Positions 58,392 to 64,000 of a stretch of 64,000 bases of DNA are shown here, in pieces. The stretch lies in contig NW_003314263.1 in assembly GCF_000143415.4 (NCBI RefSeq), forward strand, positions 1,304,165-1,368,164. Reading direction: 5' to 3'. Origin of the DNA: Selaginella moellendorffii. Lineage: Eukaryota; Plantae; Lycopodiophyta. Position numbers and translations under genes: made by a program. The number at the start of each line of letters is the position of its first letter. The stretch's first letter is position 1. A model generated the notes under the pieces. It did no database searches and was not told the origin of the DNA. It saw only the letters and a list, made by a program, of their open reading frames with translations.

Positions 58392-58997
58392 GAGGAGAGA
58401 GCTCGCTCTAAGAACTGAACCAGAAGATCATAGGAAAGGAGGGAGCGAGGAAAAAAAAGCTAAAAAAAAGGACTGGAAGAACTCCAAGAAGAACAGCAAG
58501 AAGAAACTTTCTTCACGGAAGAACACCGCGACTTTTTCGCTCTCTCTTTTTTTCCCCGTTTAACTGGTAGATTGGTCGGGAGATTTCGGCAATGGGTCGC
58601 CGGATCACTGCTCAAAATCCCACCTTGGCGGTGGAAACCTGGTGAAAAAAGTAAAGACTTGTTACCGTGGAGCTGTTCTTGCGTAGTAGCAGTAGCTCGC
58701 GAGAAGCAATGCCGCGCCTCTAGCGGAAGAATCCATATTGGCACCCAAGAGACAACGAGGCAAGCATTCCAGCAGGAGAGATAGAAAGAAAAAACCTCAC
58801 AGCCCAGCCGACTTAATAGTCGTGTCCATGATCTCTTCCAGCACTGGCAGCAAGGAAGAAAGTTTAGATTCCTGGTGTGGAATATCGCGAAAGAATAAAA
58901 GGTAGAGAAAGGATGGATTGAGACACTCCCGATCGAGACGATCAAATCGCTCGATGGAAAAGTGGGAGCCCAAGAGTCCCGCTCCTCCGACGAAAAA

Positions 58998-59000
<3 letters not shown>

Positions 59001-59039
<39 letters not shown>
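59001..59039. repeat. (GA)n microsatellite upstream of the WRKY gene
   Basis: About 19 GA units. Confidence 0.9.
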
Positions 59040-59045
<6 letters not shown>

Positions 59046-61131
59046 CAGCAAACAAGCCGGCGATCAGATCTTTCACTGATCAAGCAAGACTATTGCGACC
59101 CAAAAAAGCTTCACATCTTTCTTCCAAATTCTTCACTCTTTTTTCTTCCCGGAGCTCCGTTAGCCCCGCTGATGATCCTGACTCTTTTGGAACCCCCACT
59201 TTTGTCAAACTAGCTCATGGAAAGAGGAGGATTTACACACACACACACAAAGTACTGCAAGTATATCATGGTGGCTACTTGTGTGCGTTGGTTGTGTGAG
59301 AAGAAAGCAGTGAAACTAAGTGTGTTTGTGTGGGTGTGAGAGAGATTGAGAAAGCTGTGAATACCTAAGTGTGTGAACTGTGTTGCCCAGCATTTGATCT
59401 GATTTCCCAAAAATTCTCTCCTTTTTGCCGAAGAGAAGGTAATTTTCCTAGTTTTTCCAAGAGAATTCAAGCTCAACAAGGGCCTTTTTATCAGCCCAAG
59501 TTGTGAATTCTATCCATCAACAGGTGTTCATCTCCAGGAGGAAAAGAAGAGATGAGAACTGGGCTTCCATTCAAATAAATACATGGAAAACAAGAGTAGT
59601 AGGACCATGGTTCCTGTAGATTATGCCGTATGCCTACATGTATGTGTATGATGATGATGTATGGGTGGTGTCATCTCAGTTGCGTGTGAAACCCTAATTT
59701 GCGGTCAGCTTTTGGCTAGACCACGTTCGTTTGTTTTGGAATTTAGAATTGTCATTGAATGATCCACATGAGCAAGACCAAGCACGATGGAGCACATTTT
59801 CTCTACCCAAGAAGTTTCATCCAAATTAGATGACCCAAACGATCTATATTGATCTAACTATGTTTTGATAGTTGCGTCTTCTTTGTGACATGGACAAGAT
59901 CTATTTACAAGATCAAAAGATGATAATCCTACCGCACAGTTTCAAGAGACAATGAACCATCGATTCGCGGGCCTTTTATGTCCGGCGTTACTTTCTTTAG
60001 AAGTATGAACTTACCTTTACCGCGAAAGTATATACCCGTTGGTAACTCCCCGTGAAAACAAAATGGCGGACGGTTAGGTAAAATATGGAGAAGGTCTGAC
60101 TTGGTGCATTAAATGTGCGCACGTTCGGGCCATGGGGGCCATGCATGTGCCATAGATAGCCATCCGAGATTCCCTGGCATCTCTCACCATGCATGCTTGA
60201 TGCTTATACCCATGCGGATGATGTCATCATGGGCATCATGATGGCCATGATTCATAATTGTCGGCCGCCGTACGGGAGTACGGTAAAGGCCGCGCGCACT
60301 CAATGTCAACGCGCTCCAGGCGTTGCCACGCGGAAAGCGCGCCCAAAGTCAAATACCCCCTGTCGGATGTCAAAACCCCCGGGATTCCACCGTGGTCCAC
60401 GCCCCCCGCCGTACAGCCACTGAGTTGTGGAAGTGGAGTGGGGTGGTTTGTTTTGGAGGCCTTTCTGTCCGTACCTTTCTTTTCTTTTCTTTTTTGGAGA
60501 TTCCTTCCGTATGAATTAGGGCTCACGCGAAACGTAGCGTACGGATGGTTCGCGTTTCAAGGATACATTGTTTACTCTCTCCTTGGGGACCAAAGTCTTT
60601 GAAGACGTTGGATTTGTTTTGAGGGAGCAATGGGAGCTCATCACGACCAAGTTTTCGGGGAAATTTATGGTGGTGGCATCGTCGTGCAACACACATAAAA
60701 GTGGGATCGATCATAGCTGGAGCTGGCATGGACCAAGATCAAACATTTCCTGGTGTGACTGAGGAGTGCTCATGATCTCCAAATGTTTAATGGTTTCCTG
60801 GGATGGATCCCGGCATTGTGTACACGTGAAGCTTTTAACTACCACAGCTGCAAATGGATCACGCCCCACATCTTCTCTTTGTCAATCTCATCGAAATTAG
60901 GATCAAACGTATAGATAGTATACTTCGTCTAGTTTCTAATGTTGACAGTAACACTCGAGCGATTTGCATTAGATTAGAATTGTGATAAAGACAGTGGTCT
61001 TGGCAACTTCTAAGAGGATTTGACCTGGCAAGCAGGAAGCAATATTCGGGTTTGGACAGAATATCCAAACCTAAGAATATTCTGCTACCAAATAGCTCTT
61101 TGGACAGAATATCCCCCAAGAACCCTTTAAA

Positions 61132-61436
61132 ATGGGGTCACTCGACTTTAGAGCGTTCATTCTTCGGTCCCGCGCCATAGCCGTGTATAGGAGTGGCCTG
61201 AGATTGACAAAACGGGCACCAAGCTCTTCTCGAGGTACTTACCATCGCTTAAAAGCTTCCAATCGATCCTTTTTTTTTTGGTTCTTCCTTTAGATGAGCT
61301 CAAGAACACCATTCGAGCGGAGATGGAGAAGAATCGCGCAGTGACAGACCCAGCAGCAATCCGCTACCTCATCAGCGATGGCCTGCAAAGGATAAAAGAA
61401 CTCCAAACGATGCTTAGCATCCAAGGAAACGATTAA
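61132..61436 (+). CDS. LYR-motif (Complex1_LYR, LYRM2-like) mitochondrial protein, 81 aa, two exons; absent from the ORF track
   Basis: Exons 61132-61234 and 61294-61436 give MGSLDFRAFILRSRAIAVYRSGLRLTKRAPSSSRDELKNTIRAEMEKNRAVTDPAAIRYLISDGLQRIKELQTMLSIQGND. Confidence 0.8.
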
Positions 61437-61449
61437 GCAGCTAACAGCA

Positions 61450-62789
61450 CTAGAAGCGTTTCTTCTCATAAGAAACGAGGCCGTGAACACCGCCCTCGAC
61501 TTGGGCAGCTCCTGATCGAACCTGGTTGATGAGAAGCAATGGTTTAGTATCGAAAAATCGAATTTTGTTTGTTAAGTACCTCTAGCCTTATGTGTCCGTC
61601 GTATAAAGCCTTGTGTGCTTCTTTCACGGACTTAACTCCCAGGTCTTGGAATCCTTGCTTCACGGCTTGCATAGTGTATGGAATCAGCCGCAAGACGGAG
61701 CCCTTGTCCGCGACAGTCCCCGAGACACCTTGCGCGATCTTCATCTTGGCTTTCTCACCGAGGTAGCGAGCATCGCTCCCTTTAGCCATGGCTTCCAGAG
61801 ATCCCATTCCTCGGTAAACTTTGAGACGCTGTCCATCCTGGAAGAACAGTTTCGAGGGAAAACTTAAACTTAAAAGACGGGAGAAGAAAATGCTTTACCC
61901 TGTCGAAGTAGTCGCCGGGAGCTTCTTCGGTTCCAGCGAGAAAGCTTCCCATCATCACGGTCGAAGCGCCGAGAGTGAGAGCCTTGACAATATGTCCGGA
62001 GTTGGAAATCCCTCCGTCAGCTATCACAGGAATTCCAAACTTTCGAGCGATGGACGAGGTCTTATACACCGCTGTTGCCTAGAGAAACCAAGATCAATCT
62101 CTACACGAGACAAAGCTAGAAAAAACTACCTGTCCTCTTCCAACAGCACAAACTTCTTGAGTTGTGCATATAGAACCCGATCCCATTCCAACTCTGAGAG
62201 CGTCGGCACCGGCCTCGATCAGATTCCGGGCTTGCTGCATCGTCACCACATTGCCAGCGATCACGTCCACCTCCGGGAACCATTTTTTCGCGTAGCCAAG
62301 CATCTCCCTCTGATAGATCGAGTCCCCCTGCGAGCTATCCAGGATAACCACGTCCACCCCGGCTTCCACGAGGAGCTTGAGCCTCTCCTTGTCGGCTTCC
62401 CTCGTCCCTATGGCAGCGCCGACCAAAACACGCCCATCTTTTCCCAGAGATGGCGTGGATCCTACCTCTAAGCTCGCGCTCTTGGCGGCTCTCACCAGGG
62501 ATGCTTGCTCCGCTGGCGAGCTGTTGTAATGGATGAAGCCGATGCCGCCGGCGCGCGCCATCGCCACCGCCATGGAGGATTCCGTGACGGTGTCCATCGG
62601 GGAGGAGAGGCAGGGCGCCGCGACTCGGATATTTCGCGTGAGCTGCGACGAGAGATCGACGGCGTCGGCCGGGAAATCGATGTAGCGCGGCAGGCAGATG
62701 ATGTCGTCGTAGGTGTAGGAGAATCCCTGATTGAACAAGCGCGCGGCGCCATAGCCGTCCTCCTCGCCCGCATTGCCATTGACCTCCAT
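61450..62789 (-). CDS. IMPDH: Inosine-5'-monophosphate dehydrogenase lacking the CBS pair (~389 aa, four exons)
   Basis: Exons 62789-62130, 62078-61899, 61837-61580 and 61521-61450. Motifs [27 protein letters not shown] (catalytic Cys), IADGGI, YRGMGS, IAQGVSG. Confidence 0.95.
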
Positions 62790-62830
62790 GGAAGAAAAAC
62801 TAGGGTTTATGCTATAAACCCTAAAAATTG

Positions 62831-63241
62831 TCAAGATTTAGGGTTTATCAGGAACTCCCGGCCGACAAGAATCGCGGCAGCGATCAATCCACCAGAGGCT
62901 CCAGCGACGCTCGCGGGGCGGATTCCAGCGGCGGATCTGAAAATGGCGCCTGTTCCAGCGGTCGCGGCGATGAAGCTGGCCGGATCGTCCCTTCCCCGCG
63001 CGCAAACCAAGCCATTGTGGAGAGAGGCATAGACGAACCCTACAGTGCCCAGAGAAGCGCCGGCCTTGCGTCCCCTGTGCCCGGCCATGTTGAGAATTTG
63101 ATTGATCCGGAGCTTGAGAGTGTCGCTGGCGTCGCCGAACCGCAAGCAATCCATCACAGCCGTAGCGCCGCCGACAAACGCTCCAGTGAGAAATCCAGCG
63201 CCAGAGAAGAACACGAGATCGTCTAGAAAATCCCTCTCCAT
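62831..63241 (-). CDS. TIM23: Tim17/22/23-family mitochondrial import channel, TIM23-like, intronless, 136 aa
   Basis: G..FLTGA.VGG, LKLRINQILN..G.RG, LG.VG.VYA, RGRDD, A.AGTGAIFR. Confidence 0.8.
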   Translation of the reverse strand: MERDFLDDLVFFSGAGFLTGAFVGGATAVMDCLRFGDASDTLKLRINQILNMAGHRGRKAGASLGTVGFVYASLHNGLVCARGRDDPASFIAATAGTGAIFRSAAGIRPASVAGASGGLIAAAILVGREFLINPKS

Positions 63242-63262
63242 TGTTCTTTATTTTAGGGTTTA

Positions 63263-64000
63263 ATGAAGGTTTTGGCTATGGCGCGACGAGCGTCGCGTCT
63301 TGGCCTCCGGTTCCCTGGCCGATCACGCGATCTGTGCACTGGTAGCGACGATTTTGGAATGCCTCTGCACGTTTGCGTCGTGGGGAGCGGTCCGGCGGGA
63401 TTCTATGTCGCGAAAAAGGTTTGATCGGTTCTCAAGGTTTGCGCAAGAAAGCGACAATCGCTCGGCATTTTCGCAGCTTCTCAAGCGTTTTGATTTCGCG
63501 AGGGTGGATATATTGGAGCGCTTGCCAGCGCCGTTTGGTCTAGTGCGATCGGGGGTTGCTCCAGACCATCCGGAAACAAAGGTAAAGAGACTTGTCTCGA
63601 GTTTGTGTTGTTCTCAGCTTTGTGTGGCGTGGAACCACAGGTTGTGATCAATCAGTTTTCCCGCACGGCAGAGGACGAAAGATGCCGATTTTTCGGTAAT
63701 GTGTGCCTGGGAACGGATGTTTCTCTGGAAGAACTTCGAAAAAACTATCATGTAGTAGTTCTTGCATATGGAGCTGAGAGCGATCACAGGCTCGGAATTC
63801 CTGGAGAGGTTTGTGTTCTTTCTTTCCTTTTTTTTCTCGTTTTAATTTAACGTTGGAACAGGACTTGGAAGGAGTTTTTTCTGCAAGACAATTTGTCTGG
63901 TGGTATAATGGACACCCAGATGGGAAGGACTTGCCGATCAATCTGAACGATGTGGAAACTGCTGTGGTCCTTGGCCAGGTTTTGATCTTCAAGTTTTCTT
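63263..64000 (+). CDS. MFDR: Mitochondrial NADPH:adrenodoxin oxidoreductase (5' part; runs off the window)
   Basis: Arg-rich presequence, VCVVGSGPAGFY, ERLPAPFGLVRSGVAPDHPETK, FFGNV, VLAYGAE, FSARQFVWWYNGHPD, AVVLGQ. In-frame ATGs at 63263 and 63278. Confidence 0.93.

Overview
Gene-dense eukaryotic plant DNA. Very short GT-AG introns, a PLS-type PPR relic and telo-boxes make it look like a compact lycophyte (Selaginella-type) genome; this is an inference. The left part (1-24 kb) is bracketed by a ~1.4-kb inverted duplication of a histidine-phosphatase (PGM-like) gene. That gene sits head-to-head with a PIP5K-fold kinase gene that carries an apparent signal peptide. Between the inverted copies lie a LysM relic, an intact intronless Crinkler/RHS-type NTPase + restriction-endonuclease-fold gene, a PPR pseudogene split by a Ty1/Copia element, and nested LTR/TRIM debris including a 5S-rRNA-like segment. 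The middle (24-48 kb) holds four intact intronless non-RD G-type lectin receptor kinases, fragments of others, one intact and two decayed LCB1 copies, and a Gypsy relic. The right part (48-64 kb) is a tightly packed housekeeping block: SART1, oligoribonuclease, BOP1, a group II WRKY, an LYR protein, a CBS-less IMPDH, TIM23 and adrenodoxin reductase. All exon models and alignments were made by eye; no database search was run.
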